A stretch of 61,599 nt of DNA from a virus: IMG/VR virus record IMGVR_UViG_3300027908_000007; one strand, written 5' to 3'. The translations under genes and the position numbers were made by a program. Shown here one piece after another: positions 48,041-55,973 of this stretch (position 1 is its first letter; each line of letters begins with the position of its first letter). The notes beneath the pieces are model-generated. The model did no database searches. It was not told the DNA's origin and saw only the letters and a program-made list of their open reading frames with translations.

Positions 48041-48951
48041 ACATTCCACCAGGACCATTGAGCCAGAAAACCGCCGCGGAGCTATCCAAAAAGTTCCGCG
48101 ACCTGGATCGTCTCGCCCAGCAGTCCCCGCAGAGCAATATCAGCGGTGGCACGGCGACGGTCAACCGCAACCCCAACGATATCTTCCCGGCGTTACTCAC
48201 GGCCGTTTCGGGAGGTCTTTATACCTGGCAGGAGCAGTTCTCAAAGGGAGCGGATTACGCTGGCTGGAATGACTTGATCGGCGGACGGTTCGGTTCAGAC
48301 ACGGCTACGCCAGCCTTCGAGCCCAACGACGTGGCGATAGACGTAACGACTCCGGTACTGGCGTTTATCCAGCGGGCGTACATTGATTCATCACTAGGTT
48401 GGGTCTATGTGATCGTGAGTTTTTCCGAGACCGGGACCGGAACGCTTGAAGTCACTGATGGAGTGACGACGGTCACAGGCGTAGATGAAATAAACTTCAC
48501 GAGCGGAGCGACGGTAACGAGCGGCGGACCTGGAATAGCTGACGTGGCGATATCGGGAGGTGGAACTTCTTCTATCGTCTACTCCGCTACGAATACCTTT
48601 AGCGCAATAGGCACGATATTCACCGATACTTTTACGGCAACATCAGCAGGAGTCTACTTAGTCATAGGGACGATTACGCAAGCGACATTCCCTATTGTCA
48701 TGCTTCCAGGAGACACGTTGGCGGCGGTAATAGTCGGAAACGGAACATCGTCATTCAATGGTGCTACTCAATCAATCAACGGCCCTTCTTATGACTACTT
48801 GAGTGCCCAGGACGGCAATATTGGCCTGACAGTCTGCCAAATGGGTACTTTGTCAGTTAGCGATCAGGTGAAGTTCGAGGGAACGTGGCAGTCCGCCACC
48901 AGTTCCGCTAATCAAGGACGATGGACGTGGAAAGTAATGAAGCTGGCGTGA
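48037..48951 (+). CDS. tail tip / fibre-associated structural protein candidate
   Basis: 304-aa ORF with an ATGA junction and a T/G/S-rich C-terminal half. Confidence 0.45.
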   Translation: MNIPPGPLSQKTAAELSKKFRDLDRLAQQSPQSNISGGTATVNRNPNDIFPALLTAVSGGLYTWQEQFSKGADYAGWNDLIGGRFGSDTATPAFEPNDVAIDVTTPVLAFIQRAYIDSSLGWVYVIVSFSETGTGTLEVTDGVTTVTGVDEINFTSGATVTSGGPGIADVAISGGGTSSIVYSATNTFSAIGTIFTDTFTATSAGVYLVIGTITQATFPIVMLPGDTLAAVIVGNGTSSFNGATQSINGPSYDYLSAQDGNIGLTVCQMGTLSVSDQVKFEGTWQSATSSANQGRWTWKVMKLA

Positions 48952-49067
48952 ATCGACTTAACCGATTGGCTAACCGGGTTCTGTCCAGAAAGGAATAAAC
49001 ATGTCCGCTTACTACCAAGATTCCGTCGTCTAGCTAATCTGCCAGCAAAAGGTTAAACTGTTTTGAG

Positions 49068-49146
49068 CCTGCAATGGGCTACCGGAGCTGATCGGTCTGG
49101 GGAGACGGTTGGCTCCGGGTTGTCTCTCTCCCCAACCCATTGCAGG
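49068..49146 (+). promoter_or_regulatory. structured leader: 11-bp outer stem plus two crossing inner helices that sequester the RBS of the peptidase gene
   Basis: CCTGCAATGGG (49068-78) pairs with CCCATTGCAGG (49136-46). CCGGAGC (49082-88) pairs with GCTCCGG (49112-18). GGGGAGAC (49099-106) pairs with GTCTCTCT (49122-29). The RBS AGGAG lies at 49144-48. Confidence 0.5.
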
Positions 49147-49153
49147 AGTCCGC

Positions 49154-50452
49154 ATGAACGATAGCGAATTGATGATCCCGCAGACCAGTCCGCCTCATGA
49201 CGGCAAGTTCAAGCCGTTTGCTCACCCTTACTACCAACGCCTCAAGGGATTCATGGCCTCGCGGGCGACACATGCCCACGCAAGCTTCCCCGCTGGCACG
49301 TTTGCCCCTGGAGCAGTCCCGAAAGCCTATCGCTTCCCTGCCAACGCGGGAACGCCGAAGGTCACGACCAAATATGGGATCGTAAGTTTGGGAGGCAATG
49401 TCCCGAAAAGCGACGTCGCCAACTTCTGCTCTCAGTCAAACATTCTCCCGCCCAATCTCAAGGTCATGTTTATTGCCGGGGCGGACACGACGAATGATCC
49501 CGGCGGGGCGAACGTCGAGAACAATCTTGACTGGCAGATGATCCTGCAAGCCTGGAACACAGCTTTTCCGTCAGTTGCTTGCGACATTACCATCATGATT
49601 GGCCCTAACAGTTCCAACGGCATAGCCGATTGCGTCACGGCCCTCGTGAAGCTCGGTTGTACCGTAGTGAGCATTAGCTGGGGTGCCGCGAAGTCCCAAT
49701 GGACGGCAGCCAGCCTTGTCTATTCCGAAGCGGCATTCGCGGCAGCCAAGGCGTCTGGCGTATTCATCGACGCCGCCAGCGGAGACAACTCGGCCAACGA
49801 CGGGACCGGGGCCAAAGTTCTCGACTACCCTTGTGCGTCCGTCAATGCCTGGGGTGTCGGGGGTACTGCTCTGACCGTGAACGCGGCAGGGGAGTTTGTT
49901 TCGGAAAAAGCTTGGGGCGATGGTTTGGCTGGAGATGAGGGCGGAGGCGGCGGATTCGATACGACAACTCCTATCCCGACGTTCCAGCAAGGTGTCGTTT
50001 CAGGTTCATTCAGGGGAGGCCCAGATTCGTCTGCGAACGCTTCGCCAACGACGGGCTACCAGACCTACTCCGATGGGACATGGGGCGTAGTCGGCGGCAC
50101 AAGTGCTTCCGCTCCGCTCACGGGAGGATTGATCGGTGTCATCTTGGCAATGGGTGGCACTGTGGCCAACTTCCAGTCCGTGCTTTACACCAATCGCAAG
50201 ACGTGCTTCACGGACTGCACCGTTGGATCGAATGGTTATCCGGCCGGCGTAGGCTGGGACCCGGCAACCGGCCTAGGTTCGCCCATCGGTCCAGGCGTAG
50301 CGGCAGCCCTTGGTGTCGGAACGGTGATCACTCCCCCAACCCCGCCTACCGGCCTCACGTTCACCGTCACGAACAACCCGGAAGGTTTGACGTACAAGGG
50401 CAAGGCCAGTGCTGGCCTAGTCGTTGGCAAGACTTACTCACTCTCGAACTAG
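49154..50452 (+). CDS. S53 (sedolisin/kumamolisin-like) serine-carboxyl peptidase
   Basis: ORF 49109..50452 trimmed to ATG 49154. Motifs VENNLDWQ (E-x3-D), SISWG, AASGDNS and GGTSASAP. Confidence 0.75.
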   Translation: MNDSELMIPQTSPPHDGKFKPFAHPYYQRLKGFMASRATHAHASFPAGTFAPGAVPKAYRFPANAGTPKVTTKYGIVSLGGNVPKSDVANFCSQSNILPPNLKVMFIAGADTTNDPGGANVENNLDWQMILQAWNTAFPSVACDITIMIGPNSSNGIADCVTALVKLGCTVVSISWGAAKSQWTAASLVYSEAAFAAAKASGVFIDAASGDNSANDGTGAKVLDYPCASVNAWGVGGTALTVNAAGEFVSEKAWGDGLAGDEGGGGGFDTTTPIPTFQQGVVSGSFRGGPDSSANASPTTGYQTYSDGTWGVVGGTSASAPLTGGLIGVILAMGGTVANFQSVLYTNRKTCFTDCTVGSNGYPAGVGWDPATGLGSPIGPGVAAALGVGTVITPPTPPTGLTFTVTNNPEGLTYKGKASAGLVVGKTYSLSN

Positions 50453-50461
50453 GAGACAATT

Positions 50462-50821
50462 ATGGGACCGCTTCTACAGGCCAAGGCGGACGCAGTTGTT
50501 GCTGCGTCCGGCCTCAATCCAGGTGCAGTAAACTTGGGCAGCGTTTTGCAAATAATCGAGCAAATCCTCTCGGGACTTGCTCTCTGTCCGGGGCTAGGCG
50601 TAATAGCCCCGCCAACGGCAGCTACGGTTCATGGGGCACTATCCGCTCCGACTCCGCAACAGGCCAGAACCGCAAAGCGACTGGTTCGCCGCGAGTTCAG
50701 ACGACAGCCGCAGATTTGGGAGAATGTTCTGGAAGGTTTGTACGCCACAGGCAAGGCGATGAGCGTGGCGGATTCGTCAGCACTCTTTAAGGAAGTGAAT
50801 GGGGTTGCTCCGTCCGCGTGA
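50462..50821 (+). CDS. hypothetical protein
   Basis: 119-aa ORF. Confidence 0.5.
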   Translation: MGPLLQAKADAVVAASGLNPGAVNLGSVLQIIEQILSGLALCPGLGVIAPPTAATVHGALSAPTPQQARTAKRLVRREFRRQPQIWENVLEGLYATGKAMSVADSSALFKEVNGVAPSA

Positions 50822-50913
50822 CAGGATATAACTAAGCGGAGCCAGTCGGGGCTGTAATTCCCGGCTGGCCCCTTCACCCTGACTTGGTGGGAGCCAGAGT
50901 GCAATTTCAGTGT

Positions 50914-52407
50914 ATGCTTTTGGCCTTTCTCATCTCGCTACAAAACGCGATTCCGCCTCCAGTTTCCCCAGACGATCATGCTCGTTTGGCCGCACAGTTT
51001 CTGTCCGACGCCAATCGCTCGATACCGCAGGACGCTAAGCCTTATGTGCGGTTCCTGAGCTGGCAAAACTATGCAGGGAGTCCCGACCTTGAACAACGAA
51101 CCAGAATCATGCGATTCTGGATCAACTCCTTGCACTTGGAGTCAGACCCAGAGTTTCCCAGGGAACTTGCTGGCAGTAACGGGCTACTTTCGTATATCGA
51201 CTTGCGTGATTACGGTTGGACCCCCGCTGCCTGGCTCGCAGTGGCCCAGCGAGAACCTTACTTCCGACAGCCAGCGGTTAGCAGTGGTGCCGCTCAATTT
51301 ATCCGAGTTGTAATCGGAGCCAACCAAGATCCCAATACCTTTCACGCTGTCGGTATCGTCCGGGCTGACTGGTTCTTCCGCGAGACCGTAGAGCTAGATC
51401 GCTCGCCCGCCTATTACGATCTTCTCTTCGCCAAGCAGCGGCACCCAGACGGCACGGAAACCGAAGAAAGGATCATCGACCACAAGGGCGGCTGGCTGGA
51501 GGCTTCTGGCCAAGTCGTGGAACCGGGCCGATACTCGATAAAGGTTCCCAAGGGTTCCAAGTTCGTGGACTTTCCCAAGACCGAAGGAGACGTCGAGAAG
51601 GCTCTTGGCGTAGACGGCATCCGAGCGTTCATCAAGACCTCGGGTATCAACCTGCAACACGGGGCGGTAGTCGAGGGTGGCGAGAAGGGCAATTCCGTAG
51701 TCGCACGGCAGAATCGCTTACTGGAGAGAACCAATGGGCCAATCGGATACTACTGGAAGACGTTCGACGTCAAAGAAACGAGCGGCAAAAGGGACTTCGC
51801 GGAAACCCTCCACAAAGACTTTGCTTTCGATGCTGGAGAGATATTGTTCAGACTCCCTGGAGGGGGGCAAGGTGGATTGTTGGTTGATTCAGGCGGTAAT
51901 GTCCTCAACGTCGCGGATAACCGCTTCGCGATTGACGGTTCTGACAGCAAAGACGTGAGAGTCCGCAACCCAGGCTCTTGCATGGTCTGCCATGAATCGG
52001 GGATAATCAAGCCCGCCAATCTGATCGAGGAAATGCTAAAATCTGGCGTCGATATAAAGTTCAAGGACAAAAAGGAGAGCCGCGATGCAAGAAGCTTCTT
52101 TCTCGGCTGGGAATCAAAACTCATCAACGACCAGCAAGAGTACGCCGGTTTCATCAAGCGAACCTCTGGCTATAGTCCAGCGGAGAATAGCCGCCACTTC
52201 AAGGCTTTTAGGGATTCCTACGACGGCTCGGTTAGCCTTGATGGAGCGGCAAGAGAATGCGGGGTGCCAGTGCCGGTTCTGCTCGCGGCGGCACGTAAGT
52301 CTCTGAAGGCAAGGGTGCTGAATTTGTGCCAGGGAATCTCTTGCCCGCGACGTACATTCGAGAGTGACGTTTACCCAGAATTGGTTAAGCTTTTGAGGGC
52401 GAAGTGA
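50914..52407 (+). CDS. large secreted-type protein with one CxxCH motif
   Basis: Hydrophobic N-terminus MLLAFLISLQNAIPP and NPGSCMVCHESG. TTG 50884 is an alternative start. Confidence 0.55.
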   Translation: MLLAFLISLQNAIPPPVSPDDHARLAAQFLSDANRSIPQDAKPYVRFLSWQNYAGSPDLEQRTRIMRFWINSLHLESDPEFPRELAGSNGLLSYIDLRDYGWTPAAWLAVAQREPYFRQPAVSSGAAQFIRVVIGANQDPNTFHAVGIVRADWFFRETVELDRSPAYYDLLFAKQRHPDGTETEERIIDHKGGWLEASGQVVEPGRYSIKVPKGSKFVDFPKTEGDVEKALGVDGIRAFIKTSGINLQHGAVVEGGEKGNSVVARQNRLLERTNGPIGYYWKTFDVKETSGKRDFAETLHKDFAFDAGEILFRLPGGGQGGLLVDSGGNVLNVADNRFAIDGSDSKDVRVRNPGSCMVCHESGIIKPANLIEEMLKSGVDIKFKDKKESRDARSFFLGWESKLINDQQEYAGFIKRTSGYSPAENSRHFKAFRDSYDGSVSLDGAARECGVPVPVLLAAARKSLKARVLNLCQGISCPRRTFESDVYPELVKLLRAK

Positions 52408-52556
52408 TGGAAGATCAGATCAATCCTTGGGTGGCCGGTTCCGTGATCGGCATCCTTGCTTTACTCTGTGGATTTCTCGCAGAATATCCAAGGATAAAGG
52501 AAATCAATCGCGTCAACAAGCTTTATCGAGATCGACAAGAAAAGGAGTCCCGTTAA
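52407..52556 (+). CDS. small single-TM protein (49 aa; holin-like architecture)
   Basis: Hand translation MEDQINPWVAGSVIGILALLCGFLAEYPRIKEINRVNKLYRDRQEKESR; TGATG and TAATG junctions. Confidence 0.45.
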   Translation: MEDQINPWVAGSVIGILALLCGFLAEYPRIKEINRVNKLYRDRQEKESR

Positions 52557-53251
52557 TGCGTCCGCTATTCCTGTCCCTTCTGGCCCTCCTCGCCATCGGC
52601 TCAGTACGTGCCGACGACTGCGTGCGGAGCCGGGCGGTTTACTCGACCTACATCGCCCCGAGCGTGGTTGCCGTGCCGACTTACGCTTACACTACCAACT
52701 ACGCCTACCAGCAAACTCTCTTGGTCCCTCAAGTGCTCGAAGTGGCCACCTACGCACCTAACCACGTCTACTCGATAAGCTCAGAGTTTCAGGCGGCACA
52801 ATTCCTTGACGCCGTGACTCGGCACGACAAGGAGATTCGCGACTCATTGCAGCAAGGGCAACCAACTGGTCAGTTGCCACAGCAACCGCCTCCGCAGCCC
52901 GTCCAGGCTCCTCCAGTCGCTCCAGTGCCTCAGCCTGTCCAGCAGCCGGCGGTGCAGCCCAGAGCGAGCATGGGTCCAGTGCGGCCTAGTGCGTTCCAGG
53001 ACGCGAACCTAATTGCTCTGATTCAGTCCAAATGCGTAAAATGCCACAGTCCCGGCAGCAAGCGTTTGCAACTACTCACGACGGATGGCAAGGGACTTGC
53101 AGACTTGTCTAGACTGGAGTCTCTGACCACATATTGGATGGTCAACACGGGAGCCATGCCAAAGACGACGGAGCCAGTAGACCCAGCCAAACCGGAAGTG
53201 CCGGATTCAGCTATGCCGTTGTTTGCGAAGTGGATCGAGGCGAGCAAATGA
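52556..53251 (+). CDS. secreted protein with a planctomycete-cytochrome-c-like (PSCyt1-like) CxxCH domain
   Basis: Signal peptide MRPLFLSLLALLAIGSVRADD, a P/Q-rich linker, then LIALIQSKCVKCHSPGSKRLQLLT...TGAMPK. AAAGGAG RBS before ATG 52556. Confidence 0.6.
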   Translation: MRPLFLSLLALLAIGSVRADDCVRSRAVYSTYIAPSVVAVPTYAYTTNYAYQQTLLVPQVLEVATYAPNHVYSISSEFQAAQFLDAVTRHDKEIRDSLQQGQPTGQLPQQPPPQPVQAPPVAPVPQPVQQPAVQPRASMGPVRPSAFQDANLIALIQSKCVKCHSPGSKRLQLLTTDGKGLADLSRLESLTTYWMVNTGAMPKTTEPVDPAKPEVPDSAMPLFAKWIEASK

Positions 53252-53568
53252 GAAAGTTGAAGTCCGACCAGCCCGGATACTTTGAGATATTCGAGGGAGA
53301 CGGAGATAGCGGATGGTACTTCGCTTGCAAATGCCCATGCGGTTGCCAATACGATGACATAGTGCCAATTTATCGTGTTGGCGTTGCACAGAAGCATGTT
53401 CACAATGTGGCTTGGCAGTGGGACGGAGATCTACAAAAACCCACGCTAGTTCCGTCGTTCAAAAGGCATACGCCATGCGGCATTCACTTCAACATAACTG
53501 GCGGCAAACATGTCCGCCACGATGATCCCGGAACCGCCCAGCTTGCGTCAAATGTTTATCAAGGTTAA
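53248..53568 (+). CDS. hypothetical Cys-rich protein
   Basis: ORF 53134..53568 trimmed to the coupled ATG 53248; contains CKCPCGC. Confidence 0.5.
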   Translation: MRKLKSDQPGYFEIFEGDGDSGWYFACKCPCGCQYDDIVPIYRVGVAQKHVHNVAWQWDGDLQKPTLVPSFKRHTPCGIHFNITGGKHVRHDDPGTAQLASNVYQG

Positions 53569-53584
53569 CTTAGGAGTCTCAATC

Positions 53585-54109
53585 GTGAAAAGTCTTGGTA
53601 TCGCAGTTCTCGCTTTCTTCTGCCTCGTGGGCAGCGTCGAAGCCAACCCCGCCCGTGGCCGGCAGGTCATCCGCCAACGCACGGTCATCCGTGGCGGCGG
53701 GGCACGCTTCGGCGGTGGTGCCCGGTTCATTGGGCCAGGTTTCTCGCGTGGACGAATATTCTCGGCTTCTGTAGCTGTCGGTGGCGTTGGGTACAGTTCG
53801 TTTAACTCTGCTGTCTACGCTCCGCAGGTCGTGGTGCAGCCGGCTTTCGTGCAATCGGCGGTTTACGCGGCACCCGCCGTCGTGGTCCCGCAGGTCAGTT
53901 ACATCTCGGCAGTCCAGGTGGTTCAGCCTCAAGTGGTCGTGCAGCCTGCCGTAGTTCAGGAAGCGGTAGCAGTCTGTCCTACGGTGGCCGTACAACCTGC
54001 CTTTGTGCCAGCCGTGGCCAGCTACGCCACTGGATACGCTGGTGGGTGCGGACTGGGGTCGGTAAGTGGTTCCGTGATTCGTCAGCGGACCAGCATCAGG
54101 ATTCGGTAA
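53585..54109 (+). CDS. secreted V/Q/P/A-repeat protein
   Basis: GTG 53585 follows AGGAG. Signal peptide VKSLGIAVLAFFCLVGSVEA. VVQPA-type repeats are bracketed by VIRQRTVIR and VIRQRTSIRIR. Confidence 0.55.
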   Translation: MKSLGIAVLAFFCLVGSVEANPARGRQVIRQRTVIRGGGARFGGGARFIGPGFSRGRIFSASVAVGGVGYSSFNSAVYAPQVVVQPAFVQSAVYAAPAVVVPQVSYISAVQVVQPQVVVQPAVVQEAVAVCPTVAVQPAFVPAVASYATGYAGGCGLGSVSGSVIRQRTSIRIR

Positions 54110-54470
54110 GCGACTTTGGCGGCTGCGGAGTGAAAGCTCGTAAGGCAGCATCATCAAGGACACGGCAATGCCGAAAGCTGACCGTTAGCCGTGATTCGCT
54201 CCGGTGGAGACGGTTCTTAACACGGCAGAGAATACAGCAACGTGGGAAAGCCGACTTGATCGTAGCCGTCAATCTTTTTCGGTAAGGAAGCGACTGCCCC
54301 TAACCGGGCGGTGATTTTGGCGGATTGCCGAAAGGCTCGAATAAGGGTTTCCAGTAGCTATCGTGACTCAGTAACCCTGAAAGACACATGGACCAGAAAT
54401 GGCAGCCAAGCTGTTAGCCGATAGATCCGCCAATCTTTCTTTACTCGACTAAGGAAGCATCCTTCCGTTG

Positions 54471-54512
54471 GGGCGGGTTCTGGGATGCCTTTATCCCGGT
54501 GCCCGCCTTTTT
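54471..54512 (+). terminator. intrinsic terminator
   Basis: GGCGGG (54472-77) and GGGAT (54482-86) pair with ATCCC (54493-97) and CCCGCC (54502-07), followed by TTTTT. Confidence 0.6.
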
Positions 54513-54531
54513 CTCTCTGGAGGTCATCCCT

Positions 54532-54846
54532 ATGTTGACGCAACCAACCCCTCCGAGTTCACCTACTCCCGACCATCAATCCCAAGTCCGCACGCTGGCC
54601 AGCCAGATCGGCCTTAACCCCGGTTCAGCCGAGATGCTGATTCAGGACCATGCCGAGCATCTGCCGGTGCTGCTCAAGGTGCTGGATTGCTTCGTGGGCG
54701 GCTTCACCTGGAGGAAGGCTTTCCCAATCCTGCACAGCGACCAGAACCTAGCCAATGACCTTATCTACGGGATAGCCCTGGCTATGGGTTATCAGCTACC
54801 GCAACGACCACTCATGGACAGCCACGCGAGCAAAGAGGTTAATTAA
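54532..54846 (+). CDS. hypothetical protein
   Basis: ORF 54499..54846 trimmed to ATG 54532, preceded by GGAGG. Confidence 0.5.
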   Translation: MLTQPTPPSSPTPDHQSQVRTLASQIGLNPGSAEMLIQDHAEHLPVLLKVLDCFVGGFTWRKAFPILHSDQNLANDLIYGIALAMGYQLPQRPLMDSHASKEVN

Positions 54847-55004
54847 TGGACGCCGAAGAAAGGGCTCGCCGCTTGATAGGCGACATGCCCTGGATCACTG
54901 ACAAATTCGATGACGCCACCATTGACGACATGAGGAAACAAATCCAAACGTGTATAGAAGTGTCCATAGAAGAAGCGATCAATCAGATAGATTATCTGGG
55001 ATAG
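54846..55004 (+). CDS. small acidic protein (52 aa)
   Basis: Hand translation MDAEERARRLIGDMPWITDKFDDATIDDMRKQIQTCIEVSIEEAINQIDYLG; TAATG junction. Competes with the antisense ORF 54843..55136. Confidence 0.4.
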   Translation: MDAEERARRLIGDMPWITDKFDDATIDDMRKQIQTCIEVSIEEAINQIDYLG

Positions 55005-55016
55005 GGACACGCGGCC

Positions 55017-55307
55017 ATGAAAAGCCCACGACAGAAACGCGAAGATGCTCTCAGGGACGCCTATAACCTCAAAGACGACGTTGCGTTTGAGGAAGCGATC
55101 AATGCTATGGCCGCTCACGAGGAAAGCCTTCACCAAGAAATCGTCATGTACCGAGACGCCTTGAATGAGATCGCATGGCCAAAGGACACCATCAACGGAC
55201 CTTTGCCGCGTAAGATTGCCATTCGTGCTCTCGACATTTCCACTGTCGGGCAGAGGCTCAAAAAGATGTTCGCCAATTGCGTTCAGCCTGTAGAGGTCAA
55301 GCCATGA
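55017..55307 (+). CDS. hypothetical protein
   Basis: 96-aa ORF. Confidence 0.5.
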   Translation: MKSPRQKREDALRDAYNLKDDVAFEEAINAMAAHEESLHQEIVMYRDALNEIAWPKDTINGPLPRKIAIRALDISTVGQRLKKMFANCVQPVEVKP

Positions 55308-55576
55308 TAAACGACGTTGGTTCTGTCGAAGAACAGATCGACCTGTACGCCCTCCAGAATGGCCGCATGAACTTTCTGCGGCAGGCGTTCTCGCTGTGGC
55401 TTCAGGTCAAATTTGTGCTCCAGAAAAAGGGCTTCACGCTTCAACGCATACTGGCTAACCTGCCCAAGATAGTCCCGGTTCTGTTCAGTGGCATGCCGTT
55501 GCCGAAGATAATTTCCAAGTGCGTTTCGATAATACGGCACAAGCACAGGCGTTGCCGGAAAGGCCGGTGGAGTTAA
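55304..55576 (+). CDS. hypothetical protein
   Basis: The coupled ATG 55304 favours this strand, but the antisense ORF 55283..55618 is equally long, so the strand is uncertain. Confidence 0.35.
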   Translation: MINDVGSVEEQIDLYALQNGRMNFLRQAFSLWLQVKFVLQKKGFTLQRILANLPKIVPVLFSGMPLPKIISKCVSIIRHKHRRCRKGRWS

Positions 55577-55578
55577 AC

Positions 55579-55728
55579 ATGGGACCAGCCAAGATTCCCT
55601 ATCCGCAAGCCCCGCCAAACGTCATAGACAACTCCCGCGATGCCTTTGCTGCTGGCCTGGCAATCGGCTTCATGGCAACAGTCTTCGCTTTTGTCGCCGT
55701 GGCGATAGTCGCAATATTGTTTTTCTAG
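55579..55728 (+). CDS. small C-terminally anchored membrane protein
   Basis: ATG 55579 within ORF 55519..55728; hydrophobic tail AIGFMATVFAFVAVAIVAILFF. Confidence 0.45.
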   Translation: MGPAKIPYPQAPPNVIDNSRDAFAAGLAIGFMATVFAFVAVAIVAILFF

Positions 55729-55767
55729 CGTCGATTTCCAAAACCTGCCGTCCTAAGAGTAATACCA

Positions 55768-55929
55768 ATGAAGAAACCGCAAGACGAAACCTTGGTAGCC
55801 AAGATCAATGCCGCCCTAGAGCTGGCTACCTATGAGCAAGACAAAAAAGACAAACAGTTTGAAGAACTTCGACAGGCTGCCATAAAGTTTCTTATATCTC
55901 AGATAGCCAGCAGAATCCGAGGCGAGTAA
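55768..55929 (+). CDS. small protein (53 aa)
   Basis: Hand translation MKKPQDETLVAKINAALELATYEQDKKDKQFEELRQAAIKFLISQIASRIRGE. Preceded by the conserved AACCTGC...CCTAAGAG motif. Confidence 0.45.
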   Translation: MKKPQDETLVAKINAALELATYEQDKKDKQFEELRQAAIKFLISQIASRIRGE

Positions 55930-55973
55930 ATCGCTGCCGTTATTACCCCAACCTGCTTTGACCTAGAGGGAAC

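Noticed and set aside
54843-55618. Minus-strand ORFs 54843..55136 (97 aa) and 55283..55618 (111 aa)
   Set aside because: They sit in a long plus-strand block where plus-strand ORFs show TAATG/ATGA coupling. I kept the plus-strand calls, but at low confidence because the composition does not clearly discriminate the strands.
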